A stretch of DNA of 63,536 nt, filler included, from Olpidium bornovanus S191 (GCA_017911155.1; 26 parts of 26 records of this genome joined end to end with filler, not necessarily neighbours in it); one strand, 5' to 3'; shown: positions 24,481 through 37,600, counted from the first letter of the whole stretch. Numbers and translations: made by a program. The notes: generated by a model not told the origin, from the letters alone.

Positions 24481-24908
24481 CTGGAAAGCCTGGAGAGAGC
24501 TTCCGGCGACAAAAACTCTCCAGACTTCGGCGTCTGGCGTCGGGCGGCTTCCAAAACCGGAACCTTTCTCGCGAATCTTGGGACGCGGGGGGGGTGAGGA
24601 GGAGCGGGGAGGGGAGGGAAAGGAAAGGGTGGGAGAGGGTACGAACTGCGCGCGGACACGCGCAGGTCCTCTTTTTTTTTGGACCACCTACCATAATCCG
24701 CCCGTTGCCGCTCGATCTGCATCTGCAAGCGGCCGATTTCTTCGCGGAAATGCTTGATCTCGGCGTTTTTTCTCTCCATGGCCGACATCACTTCTTCGAG
24801 CTCTTTGCTCAGCACGGGCGCCTGGTTCGCGGCCTGGCCTGCGTGCGCCATCGCCGCCGCTTCGAGTGCGCTCGAGATGCGAGACACGCGGCGCGCCTTG
24901 TGAGCCGG
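23467..24908 (-). CDS. FAM92/CIBAR-like BAR-domain protein (internal exons ~24908-24680, a short exon near 24100, 23937-23836, 23577-23467)
   Basis: ...QRADYG...GELKLRDAAIKREQQKKAQLDSIAIRDAGNRHKI|TQHQLELTGAAHEVTHSNLSLLDTVQKFEMQKIDDIK aligns by eye with the FAM92 pattern YG...KxDLK...RE...QL...DRxxI...ExEL.......L.ETI.xFExQKIxDIK. One acceptor has a TACTAAC branch point. Confidence 0.7.
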
Positions 24909-25002
24909 CTAAAAAAAAGGAGGGAAAAAAAAAAGAAGAACGACGGTGGAACGTTTGACATATGTCTTTTGCCGGAAGGAAACGGGGGCCGGGGGGCGGT
25001 AA

Positions 25003-25050
<48 letters not shown>

Positions 25051-25416
25051 GGGGGGGGGAGGGGGGCGGGGGGGGGGGGGGGGGGGGGGCGNNNNNNNNN
25101 NNNNNNNNNNNNNNNNNNNNNNNNNNNNNNNNNNNTTAATTAATTAANNNNNNNNNNNNNNNNNNNNNNNNNNNNNNNNNNNNNNNNNNNNAAAAAAGAA
25201 AAAGAAAAAAAAAGGTACAAAAAAAGAGGCGGATATAATTAGAAAAGATCCCTAATCGGGCAATTGCGTTCGCGGGATCTGCGGGCCTGCGAACGACCGC
25301 AAAGCCGGGAGTCTGGACATCGGACGTGCGGCCGAGGGCTGAGAGGACGAAAACTACAGTCGGTAAGGAGCACGTTCCCGGCAGGTTTCGGGGCGTCACC
25401 CGCTGCGAGTCCGCGC

Positions 25417-26334
25417 TTACCTGCGCGGAAGACGCGGCGATCCCGAGCCCGGCCGAGAATATGCTGTTGTCTCGGTTGCTGCCCCCGCTCCTGGTGGAAT
25501 GTAGAGAAGACCCGGGCCCGCCGAGCGCCCTCGGCCTAGCGCGAGTTTTAACCGCGGGTTTGGTTTGACGGACTGCGCGCGCAACATTTCCGAGGGGAAG
25601 CGGGGGGGGGGGAATAAGAAAATGAAAGCGTTGATCAGCTCGAAGTCGCTTGGGACCACGACTGGGACAACAGGACCGCACATACCCAGGTCGACGTCCA
25701 ATTTTAAAGCGTTCCGGTTGACAACAGCAGGGACAGGGATCTTCGTCACGCTGGCGCCGTCTGCGCCCATAATTCCCCTCATCTTCGCCCGCCCGTTGTC
25801 GCAATGAGACTTCCGACGCACTGCGTCTTCGTCGTCCGATTCGTGCTGCGCTGCCGAACTTCCGGCCCGAGAAGCGATTTTTCGCGTTCCGCCCGCCGTC
25901 CTCCCGCCGGCCGCACCGGAATTTCCGGGCGCCGCGGGCTTCGCGGAGACCATGCACCCTGGCCGCGATTTCCGGTCTGCCGCGCGAGCCGCGAGCGCGA
26001 AACCGCGCGCGCCAAAATCTCCGGGCGTCGACTGGGCTGGTGTCGCGAGGCGACTCGCAGACGACGACTTTTTGTTGATCGCGCAGGGCGAAGTGGTGGC
26101 CCCTGCATCCCGAGCGGCGTGCAAAGACGGGTCCCCGCATCTTCCGGAACTCGGCCCCCTGTCGTCCGCGTATCGTGCTTTTCCGCCGGTACTCGTCGGG
26201 GTTCCACCGAAACGGGAAACACTGCCGTCGCCTGCGTTGCGCTTGTCTGCCGGCCATCCGTCGTCCATTCCTCCCATTTCCAACGAGGCAGGCGGCGGCG
26301 CGGGACCGATGCCGGCGGCGCTCGAGTGCTGCAA
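25417..26334 (-). CDS. Hypothetical low-complexity (Ala/Gly/Ser-rich) protein fragment
   Basis: 305-codon ORF with protein-like composition. No domain recognised; exon limits uncertain. Confidence 0.3.
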   Translation of the reverse strand: MQHSSAAGIGPAPPPASLEMGGMDDGWPADKRNAGDGSVSRFGGTPTSTGGKARYADDRGPSSGRCGDPSLHAARDAGATTSPCAINKKSSSASRLATPAQSTPGDFGARGFALAARAADRKSRPGCMVSAKPAAPGNSGAAGGRTAGGTRKIASRAGSSAAQHESDDEDAVRRKSHCDNGRAKMRGIMGADGASVTKIPVPAVVNRNALKLDVDLGMCGPVVPVVVPSDFELINAFIFLFPPPRFPSEMLRAQSVKPNPRLKLALGRGRSAGPGLLYIPPGAGAATETTAYSRPGSGSPRLPRR

Positions 26335-26889
26335 AGACTGTTAACGAGCCAGGCATCACCCGAGAGCTGAGGAAATATCTAAACGCTCACCATCTGTGCT
26401 AGGTAATGCGGACTGTGGAACTTCGGCTGGGGAAGACGCGACGGCGTAGCAGCAAGGTTGACTGGCTGCGGCCGGGGAGGATTATTTCGTCCGGCGCTGG
26501 ACTGCGCTATAGACGACGGCAGAGGGATGCTCGAAGGCGACACCGGTCGTCCGTCGCTTGCGCACGCCGGCGGTTGAGTGCGCCTTGTCACCGCCAGCGG
26601 TGTCTCCAGGCTCCAGGCGCGGCCCGCATAATTGCATGTTGGTTCGTTTCCTGCGAACGGGTTCGCCAACGGCTTGTTGTCCGTTGTCGAGGTGACAAAT
26701 AGGGAGTTTCCAGATGGAGAAAACAGGCAAGAGCCGCCTGTAAAGCAGTATGTTANNNNNNNNNNNNNNNNNNNNNNNNNNNNNNNNNNNNNNNNNNNNT
26801 TAATTAATTAANNNNNNNNNNNNNNNNNNNNNNNNNNNNNNNNNNNNNNNNNNNNAAGGCAAAGTCTTGGCGAAAGCTACCCCAGTGAT

Positions 26890-27624
26890 ATGCTTAATTG
26901 CCTGTCGTACCGTCTGCCTCACATTTCAGAGATGTCGACAGCGTCTGGAATTATCCGAGAGAGTTCTGTCTCCATGAAAGAAATCAGGAAGGCCAGGAAC
27001 GATTTGTCTAAAGTACTTTCCAAAATAGTTGTTGCTATACGGACTTCAACCGAGTTTGGCCGTCCCAGAATAACCATCAAATTATTGGAGGATGCTTTTT
27101 CGTGCCTTTCCTTCGGAACCTCCTCTCAGTTACAGAACGCGGCCACATCTCCGTTTCCATCCCTCGGAGACATATCAATGCGGTTCCAGTTAAACAAACT
27201 GCAGCACGTAGCGTTTGTTCTTTTTGCAGCTCCACTTATGTACAAATTAGCCGGAATCCAAGAAAGTGACGTCAGTTCAGTTCTCACAGATGGCTCCCCC
27301 CTTCTTGTGACAGGACCTGGAGGCACCGGGAAATCTCACGTAATTGCCGCCATTCGACCTCATTTGCGTGCATGGAACAGGCAAGATGCTCTCCGAGTGG
27401 TCGGTACGACAGGTGTATCAGCTGTACCTTTGGAAGGAGCTACATTGCACTCCGCACTTGGCTTGCCGACAGAAGGTGCCAGGAACGCCCCCGTGCAGGT
27501 TGATATGACTTCTACTGGACGTGCGTGCTGTACCACCGAGGACACCTGCTGGGAAACCGTTGGTGAAAAGATTATCTGTGTCTGCTGCGGAATGTCAAGG
27601 TCCCGTCGCCCCGGTTGCGGCTAG
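26890..27624 (+). mobile_element. Truncated PIF1-family helicase, probably Helitron-derived
   Basis: LNKLQHVAF...LLVTGPGGTGKSHVIAAI (Walker A at 27313-27336)...VVGTTGVSAVPLEGATLHSALGL. Similarity stops before Walker B. Intronless and lower in GC than the host genes. Confidence 0.75.
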
Positions 27625-27812
27625 GAAACATTTCTGTTCTGATCTGCACTCCCGCATACGGCAGACAGGGGCAGACATCGCAACGGACGCAGCTGCAGCT
27701 GCCTTGGATGCTACAAACCTCCCGCCTCTTTTCCAGTACCCACAGGAGGGATTTGACGCACAGATCCCTCCCTCGACAGATAAGACAAATGCCGAAGTCT
27801 CCATTTTCTTTG

Positions 27813-27942
27813 CTTAATCCGGAGAGATCTGGGACCGCTCATCAACCCTGCTCACAGATGCTTGTCCCTTTATGGTCGCTTCCGGAGAAATCTAGGACCG
27901 CTCATAAACCCTTCTCACAGATGCCTTTGTCTTTATAGTCGC
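27813..27942. repeat. Two-copy ~66-bp tandem repeat downstream of the PIF1 fragment
   Basis: TCCGGAGA(G/A)ATCT(G/A)GGACCGCTCAT(C/A)AACCCT(G/T)CTCACAGATGC...TTTAT(G/A)GTCGCT occurs twice. Confidence 0.85.
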
Positions 27943-28428
27943 TGAGGCAATTTCCCTAAATCGGGGTCGAACCGAATCGATGGCACGGAGAATCGATCCG
28001 GCCGACGGGCGGGGGGGAAAGAGCGGGGGGGGAGGGCCAGGAATAGCCGGCCTCAGGCTCACAAGGACAAACGGACGATCGTTCGCGCGGCGGGTGCGTC
28101 AATTCACTCACACCTTCACGTTCAAGGCGCAGACGTCTACGAAGCGATCACGAATGATCGGCGGCCCAGCGGAGGTGCGCACGGGCCGGCGAAGAGGGCT
28201 GCTGTGGCGCGCGGGAGCCGTCAGAAGCACGACGATGGCAGTGACTCGGCGGAGCAATCAGCGCGGGCGGCTCGTGGGTGGCGCGGCGGGGACCCGCGGA
28301 GATGGAGGACACATGAAACACGTGACATGGAGGACACAAAACACATGAGAACTGTGCGCAACAAAAAAAAAATAGAACTTCGCGCTCTTTAATAAAAATC
28401 GAAAGGGTGGGGGGAAGGGTTTAACTCC

Positions 28429-29859
28429 TCAGCATTTTTCGTCGAGGCCCGGCTGCGGGGCGGCCGCCTCGCGCTCCCAGACGCCCGCGACCTCTCTGGC
28501 GTAGTAGCACAGGGTGGCGCGCGCGTAGTAGTCCGGGCAGATCTCGACGTTGTCGATGACGGTGTCCAGGAGGTGTGCCCGGCCGGCGTCAACGCCGGCG
28601 TCGAGCTGGTAGTGGGACACGTGAACATGGAGGTGGTAGTAGGACGGTTGGTAGTGGAGGAAGAGGCGCAGCTCGTCGGCGCGGACGCCCGGGAAGGAGC
28701 GGGGGACGACGTTACGGACGTCGTCGCGGATGCGGCGCAGCAGCGGGAGGTGCTCGGCCCGAATGTCGCGCAGGCTGCGCAGCGAGCGGTCGCGCGTGAT
28801 AGCGGTGAGGTAGAGAGCGCTCGTCGTCTTCAGGTCCCACTTGCTGATTGTTGGTTTTTTTGTTTTTTTGCCGCGCGCCGAAAAAATCAAATTTGATTCC
28901 GTCGACCCTATGCAATGCGATTTGCAGGAAGAACAAACCGGTTCCCCTGGCCCCCCCCGCTTTCCACTCTCAGAACGTCCGCCTTACAGGTCAGGCAACA
29001 TGACATATCCCTGGTCGGTTCCGGGGACGCTGTGGACGACCTTGTCCGCTTCGGCTTTTCCTTCAAGAATGTTCTCCACCCACTCGGTGCGCGACGGCGG
29101 AAAGCTTTCGATGTAAGGCTTGACCCGGTCGGCGTAAATTTGGGGGGTCTCCTTGAAGTAGAACACCGGCTGAGGCAAGTACTTTTTGATGTGCTGTGAC
29201 GAAACGGTTTTGCGGGGCTCGGTGAAACGAAATCTTTTTGCGTCATCCACAACGCGCACGGAAAATGCGCCTTTCTGATGCCTCAATGACCGCTCACCGT
29301 CTCGGTCGCCGGGTGGATCAGAAGAAATTTTACGTCGTGAGCCGGCTTCGATTTCCCCCCTTGCTTCGCCTTGAGGGACGCGAAGTGCGTGTGGTAGCAG
29401 CTGTTTTCCTCGATGAGCACAGTCGACGCAAGGCGCTCCGCGGTAAAAGACGGTATCTCGTCGGCGTCGAAGTGCGTCTTTTGCAACTCCAGAACGGCCG
29501 GCTGCTCGCGCAGGGTCCCCTCCAGCCAGACAGTCTTCGATTTTGGGGCTTCCCGCGGGACGGGTAGGAAGGACGTCTCGCCCGAGTCAGGGGCCGCGCG
29601 TCATAGACCGACGCGGAAACGCTGGAGAAGAGAGTGTTCGAGAGTTCCCTGGCCGACGGCGCTGCGTTCGACGGTTCCCCCCCCTCCACGTCCTCCCGCG
29701 CGAGGAACGGGCCAACCGGTGAGGTAGGGAGGGGGGGTGGGGGGGGGGGGGGGGGGGGGGGGAGGGAAGTTTCGGTGCTCCCACCGTCGTTGAGCAGCCT
29801 TTTGAAGACGAAGCCCGACAGGACGTGCGCGTTTTCCTGCGTGGTGACAGATTCGTCCG
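28429..29859 (-). CDS. DCS1: m7GpppX scavenger decapping enzyme DcpS (HIT family), nearly complete
   Basis: GFVFKRLLND; AVLELQKTHF; LLIHPATE; HIKKY...ETPQIY...PYIE...WVENILEGKAEADKV; YVMLPDL|KWD...LYLTAI...LRSLRD...HLPLL; HIT motif HYQPSYYHLHVH. Confidence 0.96.
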
Positions 29860-30067
29860 NNNNNNNNNNNNNNNNNNNNNNNNNNNNNNNNNNNNNNNNN
29901 NNNTTAATTAATTAANNNNNNNNNNNNNNNNNNNNNNNNNNNNNNNNNNNNNNNNNNNNTCCAAAAGGACGTAGGCAGCCAGAAAACTTCAGACGGGTGC
30001 CGGCTGTGGGTTCTTTCGGCAGGCGGATTCGGGAAGATGACGTGCGTAAAACGTGACTCGCAATACG

Positions 30068-32420
30068 TTAGAATTGCATGGCAGCCCCGCACTTGGCCTT
30101 TGAGTAGACGTGACACCTGCAGATACTCCATTAAAGAGAAGGATAGTAGCACGATTCCGGACAGATTACAAAGCACGCGACTCACTTGTGGGCATGGCGA
30201 AACCACATGACGAGGTTCCTGCGTTTGGCGGATGACACGACCACCCACTGTCCACACTGGTGGCAAAGGCCTTCCACAACGTTGCTGTCAACGGTACGCT
30301 TTTCGATGGGGTCGACGAACGTGTTTCCCGAGACAGAAGATATGCCGTGGTGAAATTGCTTATGGTACCTACAGCATAAAAACATGCCGAATTCCACATT
30401 TAAAATTTGAAGCAAGGTTCCACTTTTCGCCGGTCTCCTGGCACAACTCCAAAGTGCAAATCGCCTGCACTTGGCAACTCACCAGTACGCGCTGTTCTTG
30501 AGCTGCAGCCACTTCCCTGGGTCGCACGTGTCGCAGAAGCCCTCCTTCGCTGCGCCTACGTTCCGGACCCACTTCGGGGTGTACATGTCCCCAGGGTACC
30601 GGAGTCGCTGGCGGCGCGGGACGAATTGAGTATTGTCCGAATCATCCGGCGATGTCTCGAAACTGGGTGTGGACGGAATATTTTTCCCGCTTAGGGAAGG
30701 AGGCGGATGATGCAGTCCTGAGGTAATTATGGGGACGCTGTACGAGTGCAAGACATCGTGGTGGGATAAATGGCTGAAGCTCGCGTCGTTCAAGTCCAGA
30801 CAGGAGTTCGGGGGGTTTTGGAAAGAACAGGGTTCCGGCCGGCCGGACACGCGAGCGAGCGCATCCGTCATTTCGCTGACTAAATATGGCTGAAGGTTCT
30901 GGTACGCGCCAATGTGGGAGACCGAGTTGTTTGTCGGCATGCTGTAGGCTGCGGTCAGGTCGAACGACCGCGACCGTTTCCGCTATAAAGGAAAGAATGC
31001 CGTCACAGCGTTGGCTTACAGACACACAGATACTAGGGCGCAAGACCGAACAGTTGGTCCTTACAAAATCGGGCAGGCCATCTTCCGAAGGCGACGTAGG
31101 ATTGTAGAAAACAAGCTGATTGTCTCTCTCGTCAATTGAACGCTTCCTCGGATACCGCTTGCCACAGTCGGCAGACGGAGGTGGAGTAGGAAACATGATC
31201 GCCGGGTGGCTTTGCCCGGGAATCTCGTAGGAGACATCCTCCAAATTACTCTGGGGGACTCGGAAGAGTACAGGGCCACGCGGTGTGCGCAAGGCTGCCC
31301 CCTTGGTTGCCCCCGCGAAGGAATGCCTCCTGCGTTCGAGAAGGCCAGGGAACCTCAACGGCGCGCCGATAGTGTCCGTCGCGGGGTTGTCAAGGTTGTC
31401 CTGCATGTGCTGCCCGGGAGTTGATACGGGCAGTCGTGATCTCTGGTCGGGATTGTTGGAAACAACACTTTGAACGTGTTGAGCGACAACAGGCTACGCA
31501 GAATGACGGAACTCAGAAACAACATCATGAATCACTGCACACTGACGTCCGGTAAACTGGTAAATTCCGACGCATACGTTACAACAGTATCCTGCGTGCA
31601 CGTCGTCGGAATACCCGTTTCCTTCGGACCACGGAGACCAGACGGCAGACATAACGGGCTCCGGTTTTGGCTGGCAGTCGCTCGACGCCTGAAGTAACGG
31701 CTCGCTTGGCACAATCTGGATAGCAGGCTGCACAATAATCTCGTCACCGTATTGGCCTAACAAGTGGGGGTTACCGTTCACACCTGGACGGGCGCGTTGA
31801 CGTGGTGCGAAGCGATAAGGACAAGCACTGGTGCACGGCCACCGTATGACGCCATATCGGACAAGGAATTCGCTGGACAACGACGCAAACATACCGGCTC
31901 CCGGTTCGGCACCAACAGACTGCAATTCTGGACTCATGGCCATCAACAGCATGTGCAGGGCACCAAAGTTCAGACTTCCGGGAGGTTGAGCGCCTTCACT
32001 TTGCCGAACTGGAGACGGGGCGCTCAAGGTCGGGGAGGTCCCGGGCAGACTTTCCCCGACAGGTCCCGATACTGCCGCGCCGTCGCAAGAATACCCAAAA
32101 GACGAGCTGACACTGGCGCCACTGAGCTGGTCCGGGTTACCAGCGCTCTCCGAAGGAGAGCGGATGCCGGTGGGAGTCTGCAGCGAACTGCGCAGCGACG
32201 ACACGTCTGTAGCGGGCGAGCCGAGGGTTCCTAACAGTGACGCGTCTTTGCGAAGACGCGTTCTTTTACGGTTGACGATGTGGAGTAAAACTTCACGGCG
32301 GGCTCGCCGGATCTTGTGACGTACCTTGCGCACTGGCTGGAGGCCAGTCGTATGGAGACGGCGGGTACAGCATTTCGAGTCGTCCAATGCTAGAGCCCCG
32401 GCGAGGTCAGACAAGGCCAA
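30068..32420 (-). CDS. Fungal transcription regulator with a Rua1-like (DUF4451) C-terminal domain; 5' end uncertain
   Basis: RYPGDMYTPKWVRNVGAAKEGFCDTCDPGKWLQLKNSAYW|YHKQFHHGISSVSG...VEGLCHQCGQWV...WFRHAHK|CH fits DLYTPRxxR...xEGxCxxC...WxxLKNSxYxYHxxFxHGIS. Stop at 30068. Confidence 0.85.
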
Positions 32421-33611
32421 GAATCGTGGAACACGAACCCAACCGTAGCTCTGACGGCGTCGGGGTTCTTCGAAAGAGCGTCTAACAGCTTTTCTTCGAC
32501 CCTGCGGAAGGGGCTTAGACAGAAGTCGAAGCCTGCTGTCAGTAGTTTACCCGCAAGCTTGGGTAGCCGCCTCCGCAATGGATCTTTTTAAGTGTGGGGA
32601 CAACCGGAGGGGAAACGAAAGACCCTTCAAAGCGAGTCCGGTGAAGTCGCTCAGCAGTCAGCCGTGCAGGGCATTTCGACCGTCGTGGAAACGAAGGTTG
32701 TCGAACCAAGGGAGCGCTCTGCTCAGGTGCACACGGGGAAGGGGGAGACCCCAGTGAAGTCGTTCATCGCGAACAAAGAGGGAGCGCGCCTGAATCGCAA
32801 GCGGCGGTCCCTTCCCCCCCTCCCAACCCCCCACCGACCCCCTCTCCCGCGGATCATCCCGTACCGGTTTAACAAGCGCCAATACGAACCCCCGTGCACA
32901 TCAGCACGCGACGCGTGGGGGTCCCCGTCTGCCGCCGAGTCGGGCCGCAGGGCGTGTGGCGGCGGCGCGCGATACGCGCCGTCATCCTCCTGCGGGGCTT
33001 AGTGATGTTTCGTGCGGGCGTGTGGAGAGGCAATTTTGGGACGGTAGCGCGCGGGCGGTAGGGTGTGAGGGGAAGGAGGGGGGGGGGGGGAGGGGGGGGG
33101 GGGGGGGCAGTGGAGCGAAAAGGGGGCGAAAAGGGGGAAGGGGGGAGAGAGGGAGGTCAGGGGGGGAGGAATCCCGTTCTTGGAACACACAAAACGCCCG
33201 TCCGCACAGCCTCCCCGCCCCCCCCCCCCTTCGTACGCAGCACGCGTCACACGTTCCGTTCCTTTTTATTTTTGCTGCCATTTCTAAGTTTAGGTCTCGC
33301 GATCCTGCTCGTCACATTACGTGCGACCTGAGACGCCTCCCCCCGCCCCGCCCCCAAACTTAAACACACGCCTACCACGCCCTCAAATCCAGCTTTGCCC
33401 AGTGTTTGTCGAGATCACAGCTGGAAAACGCGCGAGGACTTCGGCGGTCACCAAGACACAGGCTTCGGGGGGTGGTGACTGCGGGGTCAACCGGCTGCGT
33501 TTTCATTGATTCACGAAAATGTCCGAATTTTATTCACGTAATAACGCGGTGCGGTCATCCGACATCACAAGACAGAAGTGGCTCCTTTATAAAACTAGGA
33601 ACCTTTTGCTA

Positions 33612-34149
33612 CTACGGCGAATCGCATTGGCGGCGCCTAGAATAGCTGGCGTCGTGGGAGGAGATGTGCGGCGCATTTAACCCCGTCAAACCGGCAAAGT
33701 CCAAAAGTCCATCACGACTGCAGAATGGGAGAAAAATCGTACCTTTCCGGGATGGGCCTGCCAAGCGCATTCGCGACGTTTTTCCACATGCGGACCTGGC
33801 TGAACGGGTTCTCCGCGAACCCGGCCGGGTCCAGCAACCGTGCTGCGTGCAGCTGTAGGAAAAACACCGGAAGCGGTCAGCCCCGAGAACAGGGTTAAAG
33901 CCGAAACTGCGGCGAAACGGGGGATCTGTGCGTCGCACTTGTTCGTGAGTCGTCCAGCCAGTGCAGAGGGTATAAGCATGGTAGCCCGTCAGGGATCCGA
34001 CGGGAATCACGGCAATCAAACTGTAGATCATGAGGATGAAAGTTCCCGGGTACCACGCGATGGCGCGGCCGAAACCGACGCCTCCCGCGGTGGCCCTGTT
34101 GGCGTCCAGCCAGACCAGCACGAGCATAGCGATGCAGGTGACGAGCACA
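33612..34149 (-). CDS. DHHC palmitoyltransferase (Erf2-like), C-terminal exons
   Basis: Two TM helices, then LTGYHAYTLCTGWTTHEQ (TTxE motif), ENPFSQVRMWKNVANALGRP and PESY. The DHHC motif itself lies beyond the contig edge. Confidence 0.75.
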
Positions 34150-34249
34150 NNNNNNNNNNNNNNNNNNNNNNNNNNNNNNNNNNNNNNNNNNNNTTAATTA
34201 ATTAANNNNNNNNNNNNNNNNNNNNNNNNNNNNNNNNNNNNNNNNNNNN

Positions 34250-34322
<73 letters not shown>

Positions 34323-34335
34323 GAGAGAGAGAGAG
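34250..34335. repeat. (AG)n microsatellite; similar AG/CT tracts at 4870-4920, 10010-10043 and 34490-34534
   Basis: Direct inspection. Confidence 0.95.
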
Positions 34336-34487
34336 GGTTCCCGCTTGCTCCGCCCCGCCGCCGTTTCTCTGGGCCCCCACTCCAACAACGAAAGAAAAAG
34401 GAGAAGAGAAAAAGAAAAACACACGTTCCAGGCGCCGTTCTCCGCTTTCTCTGCTTTCGCTCTCTCTCTCTCCATCAAACACACACA

Positions 34488-34539
<52 letters not shown>

Positions 34540-34616
34540 CCCTCTTCTCTTCTTCTCTCCTCCCCTCGTGTTCCCCCACGCACGCCGACCGTCTCCGCTC
34601 TCCCCATTCCCGTAAA

Positions 34617-37600
34617 ATGGCGGAAGACGGCTTTAGCCCGCCGGAGCTGGTCGGCAGGCCCCCGAGCCCCGCGCCCCGAGCAGCCTGGAGCCGCCAAGTA
34701 GATGTTCCCCCGGGAACGCAGCCGCCCGCCGCGCCGGAACCAGGCTTTCCCGGGCCGCCGCTGCCACCGCCGCAGCCGGTGAACGGAACGAAGGGGCCTT
34801 CTGAGCAGGCCGCCGCGGCGTCCTCGCTTTTCCAAAGCGCCGGCAACGGCGCGTACTTCTCCCTCGGCGGAGCACCGGAGACGAGTCAGCTGCGGCCGTC
34901 GCAAGATCAGCAGCAACAACAGCAGCGGCAGCAACGACCGCAGCAGCATCTGCAGCCGCACTACCATTATCAGGGCGAGCCCTTGGCGCTACAACAACCA
35001 CAACAGCAGCAGCAGTACAAGCATCTTCACGGCGAGCACCCGGCGCTGTCGATCCAGGGCCCTGCAACACCGTACACGCCTGTCAGTGCAGCGTGCGGTG
35101 GATTGCCTACCCCGGGCGAGACCTTTTCACCTGCGATTTCGACAAACACGAGCGCAGCGGCGGGCGCGAACGGGAACGGGAGCACCGGTGCAACGTTTTC
35201 TGATCAGTATCGTCCCGCCCGACAGCATCAGCAACTTAGCGGAGGCTGGCAGTCTGCAGATTATGGTGCGGAGACGCCTGGTTATACCGCTCCGTGCGCG
35301 GGCGGGTATAGCGTGGAACCCACGTCGTCGGCCGCGTACCCTGCGGCTACGGGCTCGAATGAATATCATCAGGATGCGTATTATGCTCATCAAGTTAACG
35401 GATACTATTCGGATACGCAAACGCTGCCGTCTACGGTAGGCGGCCTTAGTTTCACGCGCCTGCCGCTTGTGAGCAACTTGAAGTGCCGGCAGCGGCTGAC
35501 TGCGTCCTGCCGGCAGAGCAGTTCGCGTATGCCTCCGTGGCCGATTCCGCGTTCGGGGCCTCCGCCGATCCATCCACTTTTTCCGATTCCGGGGCCGCGT
35601 CATATTATCACCGGGAACCACTGCTGGAAGAGCAGTCGCTGGCGCCGCCGCACGCGCAGGACCAAAATTCATACTACTCGTCGCCCGCATTTCGCCAGCA
35701 TCCACTGCGAACCGAGGTCAGCGAGCATCGCGGGTACGATCCAGCTTATGGTGAACACGGATCTCCGTCGACCGCATATCAAGAGGCGCAGGGCGACCAG
35801 TATACTTGGTCGCAACCCGGTGAGCGACTCGAGCATCATGCCGCTGGGGACACGGGGCAACCGCATCTCAGCACGTTCGGCGCCGTTGTCGATTCGTCGG
35901 TTTCCGTGGCTACCGCGCACAATACTGCTTTCGCGCCGGGCAGTGCTATGATTCCGCCGTCCACGGTCGCGGATGGATCAGGTAATGCAGCATCGTTCTT
36001 TGGCCAGATCGAAAATACAGCTGGTCAGTACTGTAACGCTGAGCATCAAGACGGCGGAATTGCCTTTTATGGTTCTGCCACAAAGGAAAACGAAATTGGA
36101 GTTTATGTTTTTAAGGCAGAAAAATCTGAACTATCAGGGAAGGTCGGGGACGGAAATGACCAGGAAATGACACACCGCGCAGACGCGACCGGCGAATACG
36201 TCGGGGACCAGTCCGTTTGCACTCCGTCCGGGTACTATTATAATCAAGCGGATTCCTGGCAGCAAAGTGTTACGGCCACCTCAGAATACCAACACGACCA
36301 GACTGACGTGGAGTTGATCGCCCAAGTCGCGGAGGACGCCGACAACGGGGCGGAAATGGCCGGCGCACTTGGCCCAATGATGTCCATCAACCAGCCGCCA
36401 GCTTCCAGCGCGGATTACAGCAACGATCCGTCGGCGGGGTACTTCTACGACCCAAAAACCGGGCAGTACCACGCGACGCACTCGGCGCCTGCACTCCCGG
36501 AGCCGACCGAAGACCGGGGGGCCGTTCCGCCGCCCGAAAGAGCTCGGGCTCCTGCTGTCGAACACCCTTCGATGCCGTCTGCGCAGTCGGTGTCCGAAGA
36601 TCCGCTGAACCGGAGAAAAGGTTGTCCAATCGTAACGTTTGGGTTTGGAGGTGAGCCGCCCGTGCCTTTATAGAGAAATGCTTGAAGATCCGAGACGGCT
36701 AACGGCTCCAGTCGGCACGACCCACGGCAGGAAAGGTTTGCGTGATGTTCCCGCGAACGATCCACCGCCTCGGGCCAGGACCGCTCACGCCCGAGCCGAT
36801 GGCGGACGTGTGCCCCGGGGATGTGGTAATCACGTGCTTGTTTTCTTTTATGACGAGAGAAAAAATGGGAGTGCCGGAGAACCTTGGACCTTTGCCGGTG
36901 GATGGGCCCGGGAGCGTTCGTGAAAGGAAGCGCAGAGAGACAATCGACCTTGCAAAGCGCAAGGCCAACGAGGAGGGAGAAATGGCAGCACTTTCCCGCG
37001 ACGAAGACGTTCAACGGCGGTACGCGGGGCGCTCGCTGTTGTGGGAACTGCTTGCAATAGCAGCAAATGAAGGGGCGAGCGGCAAATGGGACGTAGCCGC
37101 AAGACGGGTGCTGTTGGAGGAGGGCGCGGAGAAGGAGGCGAGTCGAACGGGCACTAGGGTGTCACCAGATTCCGACGGGACTCAGGCTGCTCAGCCGACG
37201 ACGCTGGCCGACCTGGGCTGGAAAGAGCCACCGGTCGTCACGTTCGAAGCCTACGCGGCGCTCGAGAAGTGTCTCCTCGTTGGAGATCAGGTGGCGGCAG
37301 TTCAGATAGCCGCCCGCTACGAGCTATGGGCCGAGGCGCTCCTTATCTCCCGCTCCGTGTCGCACGAATTATTTGCCAAGACTACCGGACGCTTCATCCG
37401 CAGTACGCTCGCCGACGCCGAAGAGGACATTTCCCTCGACGGCCGCCGGTGGGACGGCCTCCGGATCGTGTATGGGCTCATGGGAGGGATGGGCCCAATG
37501 GCTGTTGACGAGTTGCTCGATCCACCCCGAAAACCGTCCGCAGTGGACTTGTCGGACGACGCGGCTGCGGAGAAGGCCGAAAGCCGATTTAACCATATTC

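Noticed and set aside
27955-28010. ATCGAT palindromes as a Helitron 3' hairpin
   Set aside because: No convincing GC-rich stem followed by CTRR.
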